From positions 6,548,546-6,611,556 of the forward strand of contig NC_057719.1 of assembly GCF_004010195.1 (NCBI RefSeq): DNA of 63,011 nt, written 5' to 3'. Both the position numbers and the translations under genes were made by a program. The notes under the pieces were generated by a model. That model was not told where the DNA came from, did not search any database, and saw nothing but the letters and a program-made list of their open reading frames with translations. Below are positions 25,215 to 36,429 of this stretch, piece by piece. Position 1 is the first letter of the stretch. Each line of letters opens with the position of its first letter. This DNA comes from Chiloscyllium plagiosum. Its lineage: Eukaryota.

Positions 25215-25995
25215 AGGAGAGGTGATCATGCAGTGGTAATGTCACTGGGTTAGTATGGCAGAATCCCAGGCTAACGTTCTGAGGACAAGGGTTCAAACCC
25301 CACCGCGCAGATGGTGAAATCTGAAGTCAACTAAAAACAAATCTTGAAATTAATAGTTAGACAAATGGCGTGATCACTGTTGATGGTCAAAAAAAAAACA
25401 CATCTGGTTCACTAATGCACCATGGGGAAGGAAATGGGCGGCAAGGTGGCACAGTGGTTAGCACTGCTGCCTCACAGTTCCAGAGACCCGGGTTCAATTC
25501 CCGCCTCAGGCAACTGACTGTGTGGAGTTTGCACATTCTCCCCGTGTCTGCGTGGGTTTCCTCCAGGAGCTCCGGTTTCCTCCCACAGTCCAAAAATGTG
25601 CATGTTAGGTGAATGGCCATGCTAAACTGCCCATAGTGTTAGATGAAGGGGTAAATGTAGGGGAATGGGTCTGGGTGGGTTACTCTTTGGAGGGTCGGTG
25701 TGGACTTGTTAGGCCGAAGGGCCTGTTTCCACATTGTAAGTAATCTAATCTAAAACAAAAATCTGCCATCCTTACTTGGTCTGGCCTACGTGTGAGTCAC
25801 AGTAAAGTGGTTATTCTTAATAAATTTTGGATGGTTATTGGGATTGTAATGGTGTGTAGGGAAATGGGAAAGGTAGAGATTGACACGAGAGAATAAGACT
25901 AGTGCAGTCACGACGGGCTGAATGTCCTCCTTCTGCACTGCAACAATTCAGTGATTCTGGCCGAGCCAGCAACGCCCACATCCCACAAGCAAATA
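25215..25995 (+). mobile_element. Host tRNA/L2-tail SINE interrupted by an HE1 SINE (25436-25752)
   Basis: Host ...ggaaggaaat[HE1]aaatctgccatccttac... resumes after the insert. Confidence 0.82.
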
Positions 25996-26774
25996 AAACA
26001 CAAGCATTAGGGCCCTCTCACTTTTATATTTCCTTTGGAAATCGATTTCTTGGGCAGTGTCACACTCCTTCAAACCTGCAGACTATGACCTGGAGTGGGA
26101 CTTGAATCCCCAATATTCCGACTTCCAGGTAAGAGAGCGACAAGCTGAATCAAGGCTGGCCAAGGCAGGATACTCGTCCTGGGATTGAAAGGGTGCCTCA
26201 GGACAAGAGGAATTCTGGATAAAGGGAATGGATTAGCAAAAGAAATCACATAGGCAGAGCTAGAAAACAGATTACCTCTTGCATTACAATAACACACAGC
26301 CAAATATTTATAAATGAGATTTAAATTACCTTTGATTTCAAGCTACAATAAATCTCCATAGCATTTAACGTCACAATTTTAGTTATGCTCCCAGAGATCG
26401 GGCTGTCAGCTCAACAGTACACTCACTGATTGATGACTGTGATGGAGATTGACTCTCACAGAACATGAAATGAGTAAGAGAGTTAATGTGTTGAGCTCCC
26501 TGTTCAGCTATCCTGCTTGGCAACCTCATTTCACTTTCCATCGCTTCAAGCACTTGCTTGAATAGTGAGGACAGCCCAATTCATTAGATCTGCATTGAGA
26601 ATCAGCATTTTAATACCTACCAGATCGGAGTCAGTGGCAGGGCACACCATTCATTATAGCGAGCAGCCAGAAATGGACAGAGATTTAAAGCAGTCCTGAG
26701 GAGCCCAGGGAAACCAACTGCTGACTCTGCCCTGCCAACATCTGGGTACCAAACTAAGGCTTCTGCTTTGACAG

Positions 26775-27285
26775 TCAAAGAGATGTACAGCATGGAAACA
26801 GACCCTTTGGTCGAATTCGTCCATGCCGACCAGATATCCCAACCCAATCTAGTCCCACCTGCCAGCACCTGGCCCATCTCCCTCCAAAGCCTTTTTTTTT
26901 AGATTAGATTAGATTAGAAAAGTCCACACCGACCCGCTGAAGCGCAACCCACCCATACCCCTACATGTACCCCTTTTTACCTAGCACTACGGGCAATTTA
27001 GCATGGCCAATTCACCTGACCTGCACATCTTTGGACTGTGGGAGGAAACCGGAGCACCCGGAGGAAACCCACGCAGACACGGGGAGAATGTGCAAACTCC
27101 ACACAGTCAGTCACCTGAGTCGGGAATTGAACCCAGGTCTCTGGCGCTGTGAGGCAGCAGTGCTAACCACTGTGCCACTGTGCCGCCTTCCTATTCATAT
27201 ACCCATCCAAGTGCCTCTTAAATGTTGCAATTGTACCAGCCTCCACCACTTCCTCTGGCAGCTCATTCCATACACGTACCATGTG
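26775..27285 (-). mobile_element. CR1 3' end interrupted by an HE1 SINE (26900-27188)
   Basis: CR1 3' UTR on both sides of a full HE1 copy. Confidence 0.88.
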
Positions 27286-27823
27286 TTTCTCACACGGACA
27301 GCCTTTTACTGTTAGAAAGATCTAAAATCAGACTCACAGCAATGAGTGGTGCAGCTCAGCACCAACACACTCATTTGAAACCTGATTACCACCGAGCAAG
27401 TGGATGTAAGTGTTCCCACAACATTACTTCAGGAAAAAAGCAGGTGGTTCTCCCCGTTATCCTGGCCAACATTTATCCTTCAAACAACACCACAACCTTA
27501 TTTGTTTATTTGACAAATGCAAATTATTAAAACTCAGTGATTGTCTCCTCATTTGCTGAGATGGAATCTTAGAGTCACACCGCACGGAAACACCTCCTTT
27601 GGTTCAGCCCATTCATGCTGATCAGGCTTCCCAAACTAAGCTAGTCTCATCTGCCTGTGTTTGACCCACATCCCGCTAAACATTTCCTATTCATGCGCCT
27701 TGTGGTTAGCCAGTCATTAAGTCAGTGCTCCTCAGCAATGTGTAGCATTGTGCCTCTCCACACGTGTACAAAGGATTCATACTGAGAGAGGGAGAGAAAG
27801 AGAAAGAGAGAGAGAGAAAGAGA

Positions 27824-27899
27824 NNNNNNNNNNNNNNNNNNNNNNNNNNNNNNNNNNNNNNNNNNNNNNNNNNNNNNNNNNNNNNNNNNNNNNNNNNNN
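27824..27899. other. Assembly gap (76 N) within a (GA)n microsatellite at 27784-27943
   Basis: Run of N flanked by GA repeats. Confidence 1.
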
Positions 27900-28949
27900 G
27901 ACAGAAAAAGAGAGAGTCAGAGAGAGAGAGAGAGAGAGAGAGAGGTTGAGAAAAACCTGTCCAGCGAGGACCACTCTTGCCATGTTTCTCACAAGGAACT
28001 TGTGAATGCTTTCCTGTGTTACCCATATCTCGGTCTGAAGGATTTCTGATGGTGGAACCAGCTCAGGAAGGCTGCTCTGGATGGGTCATCAAGATGGAGG
28101 GGAGAGCAGCAGATAGGTTTAACAGGCCATCATGGGTAAGTAAGTAAGTAAGGAGCAGCACAGATGGTTTCAGGCAACCTCTGGGTCTGTCAATCAGTGG
28201 ATATGTGGGTCTGGGTGGGTGGTCAAAGATTATTTGCCTTGTCACCCCCACTCACTCTCAGTCAGTCCCTAAGCAGCAGATTGAATTCCAAGAGAAACAT
28301 TCAAGACTCTGAAAGAGTTTCCTCGTGGGATCCTAACCCCACCCAAGAACCACCAGCCTCAACGTCAAGAAACCAACATCACTTAAAATGGTTCATCATC
28401 TAACCTACTGCTCTCTGAAGGACTTCAAAATGGCTGCCACAGTCCCTAACTATCAACAATGACTGCACACAGATAGCGCTTTGCTGCTTTAATGCACTTT
28501 TAGGGACCACGAGGTTGTGCAAGGGCCTACAGAAATGCAAATTCATTCTCCGTTTTTGGCTTCAGAAGACCAAATTATAAAAGAACAGGGAAACATGCTC
28601 ATCAATCTTGAAGGTAGGCAAGGATATCCCTCAGTGAGCTGTATAAATACATGACACAGAATCAACGAATCTAGAACAATCACTTAATATTCAACAGCAA
28701 CATGAGGATAAAGAATAACAAATTCAGGTAAGTAGAAGATAGAATTCATAATGGAACAGTGTGTCACCATAAGGAATGGGCTTTCAGATAGAGTAGTGAA
28801 GGTACACACTATGAGACAATAATAAATTTATACAGTACTTTTAATGTGGTGATATATTCCAAGACTCTTTGCGGGACCATTATCAAACAGAATTTGATAT
28901 GAGCCACATAAGGAGATTATCAGGTAAGTGAAAGACTTTTAAGGGATTG

Positions 28950-29080
28950 GAGGAAATTACTGCAGAAGCTGGAATCTGTGCTGAAAACAAAACATGCTGG
29001 AGGTCACAGTATGTCAGGCAGCATCCATGGAGAGAGAGCAAGCTAACTAGTTTCAAATCTAGATGACCCTTCACCACAGA
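28950..29080 (-). mobile_element. Older PLE terminal-repeat fragment
   Basis: actgcagaagctggaatctg...tcaggcagcatc, with a degenerate hammerhead-like end. Confidence 0.6.
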
Positions 29081-29624
29081 TGATGGGAAGGGGTGTCTTC
29101 AAGGAGTAAATTTCAAATCTTAAAGGTCTTGGCAGCTGAGTGTCGACAACGGAATGATGGGAGTCATGGGCACACAAGATGCCTGAGCTAGAGGTGGGCA
29201 GAGATTGTAGAAGATTGGAGGACTGAAGGAAGTTTCAGGGATAAAGGGGGAGGCAAAACCATGGAAATATTTGAAAGCATGGAAGAGAATCTTAAAATCG
29301 AGGTCTCTTCAACAGGAACCAATGTCGGTCAGTGAAACAGCGATGATAGGTGTGAGATACAATAGAGTTTTGAAAGAGATCAATCTATTGTGGTTTTGGG
29401 GAAGGGGAACAGGGCAGAGGAAGGGGGTGGTGTTTGGGCTATTGTAAGGATTTCCTGGATGGATGGAGCTAAGCTGGTCAACTGCATTGATCTTGTTACT
29501 GATAAGATTGTAATGACTGATGTACCGGTCTGTGTGAAGCCAAACTACAGCATGAAATCAGTAACAATATTCCCTACTGATCAAGATGAAAGATCCCTGG
29601 CTCCCGCCCATTCCCAGTTACAGT

Positions 29625-30805
29625 CAGAGTGACATAGAGTTGTACAGCACGGAAACAATCCCTCGGTCCAAATCATCCATACCAACCAGATATCCGAAAT
29701 AATTCAAGTCCCATTTGCCAGCACTTGGCCCACATCCCCCTAAATCCATCCTATTCATATACTCATCTAGAAGCCTTTTAAGTTTTGTAACTGTACCAGC
29801 CTCCATCAATTTCTGTGGCATGCACCACCCTCTGTGTGAAAATGTTGGCCCTTAGGTCTCTTTTATATATTTCCTCTCTCACTGTAAACCTATGCCCCAT
29901 AGTTGTGGACCCCCCCCCACCCCAGGGAAAAGACTTTGTCTATTTACCTTATCCACGCCCCTCATGATTTTATAAACTTCTATGAGTCACCCCTCAGCCT
30001 CTGATGTTCCAGGGAAGATAGCCCCAGCCTATTCAGCCTCTCCCTTTAGCTCAAATCCTCCAACCCTGGCAACATCCTTGTAAAACTTTTCCGAACCCTT
30101 TCAAGTTTCACAGCATCCTTCCTATAGCAGGAAGACCAAAATTGCACACAGTATTCCAAAAGTGGCCTAACCATTGTCCTGTACAACTGCAACATTACTT
30201 CCCAACTCCTGTACTCAATGCATACCAAACTCCTCTTTCGCTATCCTATCGACCTGCAACTACACTTTCAAGGAGCTATGAACCTGCACTGCAAGGTGTC
30301 TTTGTTCAACAACACTCCCCAGGACATTACCATTAAGTATATAAGTCCTACCCTGATTTGCCTTTCCAAAATGCAGAACCTTGCATTTATCTAAATTAAA
30401 CTCCATCTGCCACTCCTCAGCCCATTGGCCCATCTGATCAAGGCTCATTATACTCTCATTATAACCTCCTTTGTTGTCCACTACACCTCCAATTTTGGTG
30501 TCATCTGCAAACTTACTAATCATACTTCCTAGATTCACATCCAAATCATTTATATAAATGACGAAAAGTATGGACCCAACACCTTGTGACACTCCACTGG
30601 TCACAGGCCTCCAGTCTGAAAAACAACCCTCCACCACCACCCTCTGTTTTCTACCTTCCAGACAGTCCTGTATCCCTTGTTCTCCCTGTATTCCATGAGA
30701 TCTAACATTGCTAACCAGTCTACATGAGGAATCTTGTTGAATGCCTTATTGAAGTCCATATAGATCACGTCCATCTTTCAGCCTTCATTAATCTTCTTCA
30801 TTACT
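29625..30805 (-). mobile_element. CR1 LINE, RT to 3' end
   Basis: SKFADDTKIGG, QMEFNLDKCKVLHFG, LEYCVQFWS. Confidence 0.92.
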
Positions 30806-31384
30806 TGTAGCCAACTGGAAACAAGATCTTTTCCACAAAACCTTACAACTGCAAAGAGTTTCACAAAATGGGTTTCTCAAAATACACAAGAGGCTTTTGT
30901 GAGCCCAGTGTGTATTGAAGGGGCAGCATTGTCTTTAGTGCTACTTTTTCTGTTGAGTTAGTGAACGATTATAATAAGTTTTGATCAGTTTTTGAGCTTT
31001 GAATTAGAATTCTCTGCCATATCTCTGTTTCTTTGATACAGCAAATGAAATCAGCTTCAGACAATCAGAAGCAGCTGCAGTTTTCGGAGCCTGTGACCTG
31101 CAATCTAAGAAATGGAACATTTTCTACAACATGTCAATGGTGCTGAGTGAGAGTTAGTAATAACAGCAAGTACTCACGACCTAATCAACACTTGGAAATT
31201 TCAAAACAACTGAAGGAACGAGACTTATCTCTCCCTCTGTCATACATGCCACACAACACAGCCCACACAACCTTCTCATTAACCCTCTGCTGGACTTTTT
31301 TTTTTTACAATGCTGTGGCTTGAAAGATCACATTGGTGGTCATTATGGGTGATGCAGGCTATTCAGCCCCTCAAGCTTGTCCAC

Positions 31385-31790
31385 TGTCATGAACACAGCC
31401 CAGTCCATCACCTAAACCCGCCTTCCATCCACTGACTCCATCTACATTTCCTGCTGCCTCAGGAAACGATCAACATAATCCTCCCACTCTCTTTATACTC
31501 TCTTTCACCGGGCACACAAAATATAAATTTGAATACACATATGAACAGATTCGAGAACAGCTTCTTCCCCGCTGTCACCAGACTTTTGAACTGACTTCTC
31601 AAATAGAGATGTCTTGGAGATGTGTTCATTCTGATCTCTCTCTGCACATTCCCTGCTACTGTAACACTCTGCACTCTGTTCTGTTACCCTGAAACCCTTG
31701 AGAAAGTACGATCAGCCTGTACAGCATGCAAAACAACAGTTTTCACTGTATCTCTGTGCATTTAACAATAAATCAAACTCAAACTCAATT
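31385..31790 (+). mobile_element. Non-LTR element 3' end (Rex/Babar-like); related copy at 34645-35230
   Basis: Shared gaacagcttcttccccgctgt...aaaacaacagttttcactgta...aataaatcaaa end. Clade assignment is from recall. Confidence 0.55.
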
Positions 31791-33820
31791 AGATCATGGC
31801 TGATATCTACTTTGACTCTCAGAAGTACAGAAGGAAGCTATATTGACTATCATGCTCACCCTCCATCGACTTGCCATGGGTCTGCGCCCAGGAATACCCT
31901 TGCACAATTAAAACCTACTAATCTGAGTTTTGAAATTTTCAACTGGACCCTCCACCATCCTCCAGCCTATCAGGGTAGGGTTCTAAATTTCCATTAACTT
32001 TTCTCTGAAGAGGTTCTCTCTGAGATTACCTTAGCATAGCCTAACTCATGTTTTAAAATAAAGCCTCCTTTGCTCTGGTTTACCTGCTCCCTTCCCCTAC
32101 TGGAGACAGCAGTTGCTCTCTACTGATTATTTATAATTCTTTTAATCATCTTAATTAGATCACCCCTTAAATCTTCCATACCCACAGGAGCATAAGTTGA
32201 CTTGATGTGAGCTGTACTCATAAAGTAAAGTGCTGTGTAAACATAGAAATGTAACAATTCAAGAAAGAATGGACAAAAAGTGCTGGGCTCAGTGGTGGCG
32301 CCCACAACAATGAATGATAAAAAAATCAAAGTGAGTCACACGCTGGTCAGACCAATAGTCCCACAGTGTTAAGGTATAGCAGGCAAGAGAGTGGAGTTGA
32401 CAGCACAGTCAGATCAGAGTTGCTCTTCTGGAATAACAGAGCAGGGCTGAATGGCCCACTCTGGCCTCTACTTCTTGCAGTCTTTCCTGAAGGGCGTGTA
32501 CAGAAACAGGCCATTCGGCCCAAAGCTCCACGCTGATATTTATGCTCCACAAGAGCTGTTCCCACTCTCTAATTTTTCTCAGACCACCAGCATGACCTCC
32601 TATTCCATTTTTCCTCTTGTGTTTAGTCTGATTCCCCTTATATACATCCAAATGATTCACATCAATCATTCCTTGTGCCAGTGATCTCAATCTCGAGGTA
32701 GACACACTCCTTTGCATTTATTAGTGATTATATCTGTGTGTCTTGGCTGACACTGGACTAAGGTCCTACAATCCCTCACGATCAGCACTATGGGTGTTCC
32801 TACATGAAATGGACTGCAGAAGTTATAGAAGGCAGCTCAGCACCAACTTCTGAAGGGCAATTAGTGATAGCCCTCATTTATAGATTTCCACAAAGATGGA
32901 AAATCCCTTCAGCATGCCTACCCTTTCTAACCTTTTCATAATTTTAAATGCCTTCATCAGGCTCAGCCTTCTCTCTTCTGGAGAAATGAGTTTTAAGCTT
33001 CTTCAATCTTTCTGGTGTGGTTAGTTATCTCACATACACCTGCAACGAATTAAAGGCAGCATTTGGTTCCAAGAACAGCCAGTCGATGAGCCATCAGTCA
33101 CATCACAAGTAGTTGGGGTCAGCTCAGTTGGTTGGACGGCTGATTTGTGATATACACTGATGCCGAGAGCAGGGGTTCAATCCCCGCACCATCTGAGGTA
33201 ACCACGAAGGACTCTCCTTCCCAACCTTTCTCCTCACCTGAGGCATGGTGACCCTCAGACATCTCCCTCTCATGAGAGAGCAGTCCTCTGGGTCTATGGT
33301 GACGTTACCTTTATTGCATTCATTGATTGTACTCTGCAACTCAGATAGTGACCCCTCACTTCCATCGAGAAGACCCAATAAGCAAGCGGGTTATAGTGGA
33401 AGACAAAGCCAGGCAAACACAGGAACACATTCTCAGTAACTCAACAATCGTGGACAAAGACAGCAACTGGCAAGGAGCACGTGGAATGAAGTAGGTAGCC
33501 TGGAGTGTGATTGCACATTTGGAGGCATGGCTCAGTTGGGAGCACTCTTGTCTCTGAGTCACTAAAGTGTGGGCTCAAGACCCACGCTAAGATGTGAACC
33601 GAGGCTGACCCTTCCACACCGTTGGAGGTCAGAAGTCACACAACACCAGGTTATAGTCCAACAGGTTTATTAGAAATCACAAGCTTTCGGAGCATAGCCC
33701 CGTTGACAGGTGCACTGCCTGTGACTTCTGACCCTGTCCATCCCAGTCCAACTCCGGCACCTCCACGTCACTGTTGGAGCTGTCATCCTTCAGCAGGCGT
33801 TAGACTGCACTGTCCCATCT

Positions 33821-34033
33821 TTGGGGAGAAAGTGAGGTCTGCAGATGCTGGAGATCAGAGCTGAAAATGTGTTGCTGGAAAAGCGCAGCAGGTCAGGCAG
33901 CATCCAGGGAACAGGAGAATCAACATTTCGGGCATAAGCCCTTCTTCCTGAAGAAGGGCTTATGCCCGAAACGTCGATTCTCCTGTTCCCTGGATGCTGC
34001 CTGACCTGCTGCGCTTTTCCAGCAACACATTTT
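33821..34033. mobile_element. Palindromic PLE terminal-repeat insertion (85-bp arms)
   Basis: Arms 33863-33947 and 33950-34034, with 16-bp TSD ctgcactgtcccatct at 33805-33820 and 34034-34049. Confidence 0.9.
33944..33980 (+). ncRNA. Minimal type I hammerhead ribozyme motif (PLE type)
   Basis: CUGAAGA (33948-54), A, GGGC-UUAU-GCCC, GAAAC, GUC (33973-75). Confidence 0.68.
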
Positions 34034-34378
34034 CTGCACTGTCCCATCTGCCTGCTCAGGTGGAGGTAAAGGATCTCGCTTGAGAAAAAGCTGGGAGTTC
34101 TCCCACATTCCACAGAAGAGACAAAATTGGCCTCGAAACATTAACTCTGCATCTCCCTCCACACCTGCTGAGTTTCTCCAGCAATTTCTGTTTTTATTTC
34201 AGATTTCCAGGATCTGCAGGTTTTTCTAATCTGGCCCCTTCCCATTGCGAGGCGAGAATACTATCAAAATACTATAATACACGCAAAACAAAACCTTTCA
34301 CTGTACTTAGGTACACGTGACCAACAGAAACACTGCTCCACCAGAGCAGCAATAACGGGGACTGGAAACCCCACTCAC

Positions 34379-34486
34379 CTCGTGACAACAAACCACGCAA
34401 GCTCTCCGAAGTCCGGGGAAGCCCTCATGTATGTTTTGATGTGTGGTATGGCACGGCTTCGACCTGTGACCTCGGCAGACCATCGA
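34379..34486 (-). CDS. TDP1: TDP1 internal coding exon, 108 nt, carrying the catalytic HxK of the second HKN motif ([36 protein letters not shown])
   Basis: tctcccccacacag|TCGATGG...GTCACGAG|gtgagt, phase 2-2. It matches human [36 protein letters not shown] (H493/K495). Confidence 0.97.
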
Positions 34487-36429
34487 CTGTGTGGGGGAGA
34501 CGCACAATAGTAAGATCAGTCAGCCCACTGTCCACCCAGTCATCCGAATACAAACCCACACAGAGCCACAGACCCCGGTCCACCACAGACACTCAATAAG
34601 AATTAGAGGAACTGACAGCACAGGAGCAGACCATCCAGCCCATCAGAACTTGTCATGAGACCATCACAAAAGCCAACTTCCCATCCATGGACTCCAACTA
34701 CACTTCCCATTGATGTGGAAAGGCTACCAATATCGTCAAAAACCCCTTCCACCCCGATAATGCTCTCTTCTAATTTCTTCCATCAGGCAGAAGATACAGA
34801 AGCTTAAACACACATACCAGCAGGTTCACGAACAGCTGCTTCCCTGCTGTTACCAGACTGCTGAATGGACCTCTCAAATTTCAAATCTAATGTTGAGTTT
34901 GCTTTGTGCACCTGTGCAGCTGTAATCCTGTATGCCTCATCCAAAGATGTGCAGGTTAGGTGAATTGGCCAAACTAAATTGCCCGTAGTGTTCAGGGATG
35001 TGTAGGTTAGGTGTGTTGGTCAGTGTGGGGGGATGGATCTGGGTGTGTTATTTTTCGGACCTGTTGGGCCGAATGGCCTGTTTCCACACTGTAGAAATTT
35101 TATGACTTCTTGCTCTGTTCAATCACCCTATAATCTGTATGTCCTTGTTGCTATGATCTGTCTGTACTGCACACAAAACAAAACTTTTCACTATACTTAG
35201 GTACATTTGACAACAATAAATCAAATCAGACCAATAAAACTGAAGCAACTGGTAGGCAATAGGAAGCATTCTGTAAAACAGCCTTCACCACCTCCTCCAT
35301 CTCCATACCCCTTCCCAAAGGGTAGTGACCGCTCCCTCCGGCCTCTGTTATTCAATATCATCCACCTGATCATCCTTCCAACGAAGAGCTTCAGAAGACG
35401 GTGTCCAATAAGAGGTTATAATGGACAAGAATGCAACTTGACATCATTGTTTTATGGATGTCCACCTTCAAGAAATGGCTCTGGCTCCTGGCAAAGGACA
35501 CTTATGTTTTGTGCCCGAGACAGTGAACTCATTAGTACTGTTGACACCCTCGATCAAACAGTGAGTCAGAACTTGTCAAAGATGCCGTCTGCTCATGTCC
35601 CCAAACTCTCTGTTTGATTTGACATTACTAAAGATGGATTGGAGTGTGGCACTGACCCATCATATTAAATTTATAACTCTACTTCTGACAAGTCAATAAA
35701 ACAATTACCTTTCCATTAACTCTGCAGCTGGGTGAAGATTTACCAGGCTGAGACCAGGCGACTTTTTCATTTTATTGCTCTGCTCTCTCCCAGCTAATGA
35801 TCATATTCCTGGGATTGCTTGTTTCCTAGTCCCAGGTGGAACTGTGAGTGGCTGTGACTGACTGGGTCATGTAACGCAAGATGGCTAGCTTACGCTGGGG
35901 CCTAGGACAGTGGAGGGTTCATCAGGACTTTAATAACCGGGTCTCACTGTGCACAAGTCAGGGCTTGAGGGGGTGTGGATGTTGACAGGGGGTTGTGAGG
36001 AGTGGTGTAGGGCTGCTGTGCCCATAGTGGGGACCAGGGACCACTGTGCCACAGTCAGGGTGATATGCATGCACATGGTTTCTGCTGACCTGCTTATTCG
36101 CACTGATTGTATTAAGAACTTGGGTGTGAGAGGCAGAGGTCACCACAGTTGGAAGAGCTACAATCTAGGATGAAACAAGAGCAAAATGGGCAATCCTCTA
36201 CTCCTATGATACCAAGCCAGGGTGTTGAAATTATAAGCTTGCATTTGTAGAGTGCAATGAAGCTGCTGGTAGCACATACTCACCCGCAAATAGAAGGTTG
36301 AGAGTTCAAGTCTCACTCTGAGGCAAATATTAAAGCTGACGCAAGGAAGCACTGAAGGAGCACTGCACAGTCAGAGGTACTGTATTTTGGAGGAGATTGT
36401 AATCCAAGGATCTTTCTGCCTGCAAGATG

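Larger units (their letters stand above)
33525..34130 (+). mobile_element. Deu-domain SINE carrying two nested PLE terminal-repeat inserts
   Basis: Head tggctcagttgggagcactcttg and Deu segment tcaggtggaggtaaaggatctc...gagttctccc, with inserts at about 33625-33770 and 33821-34033. Confidence 0.75.

Noticed and set aside
28041..28141. Plus-strand exon-like segment ending in TGG|GTAAGT
   Set aside because: The donor is part of a (GTAA)n microrepeat, the acceptor is weak, the peptide is unrecognised and there are no partner exons.
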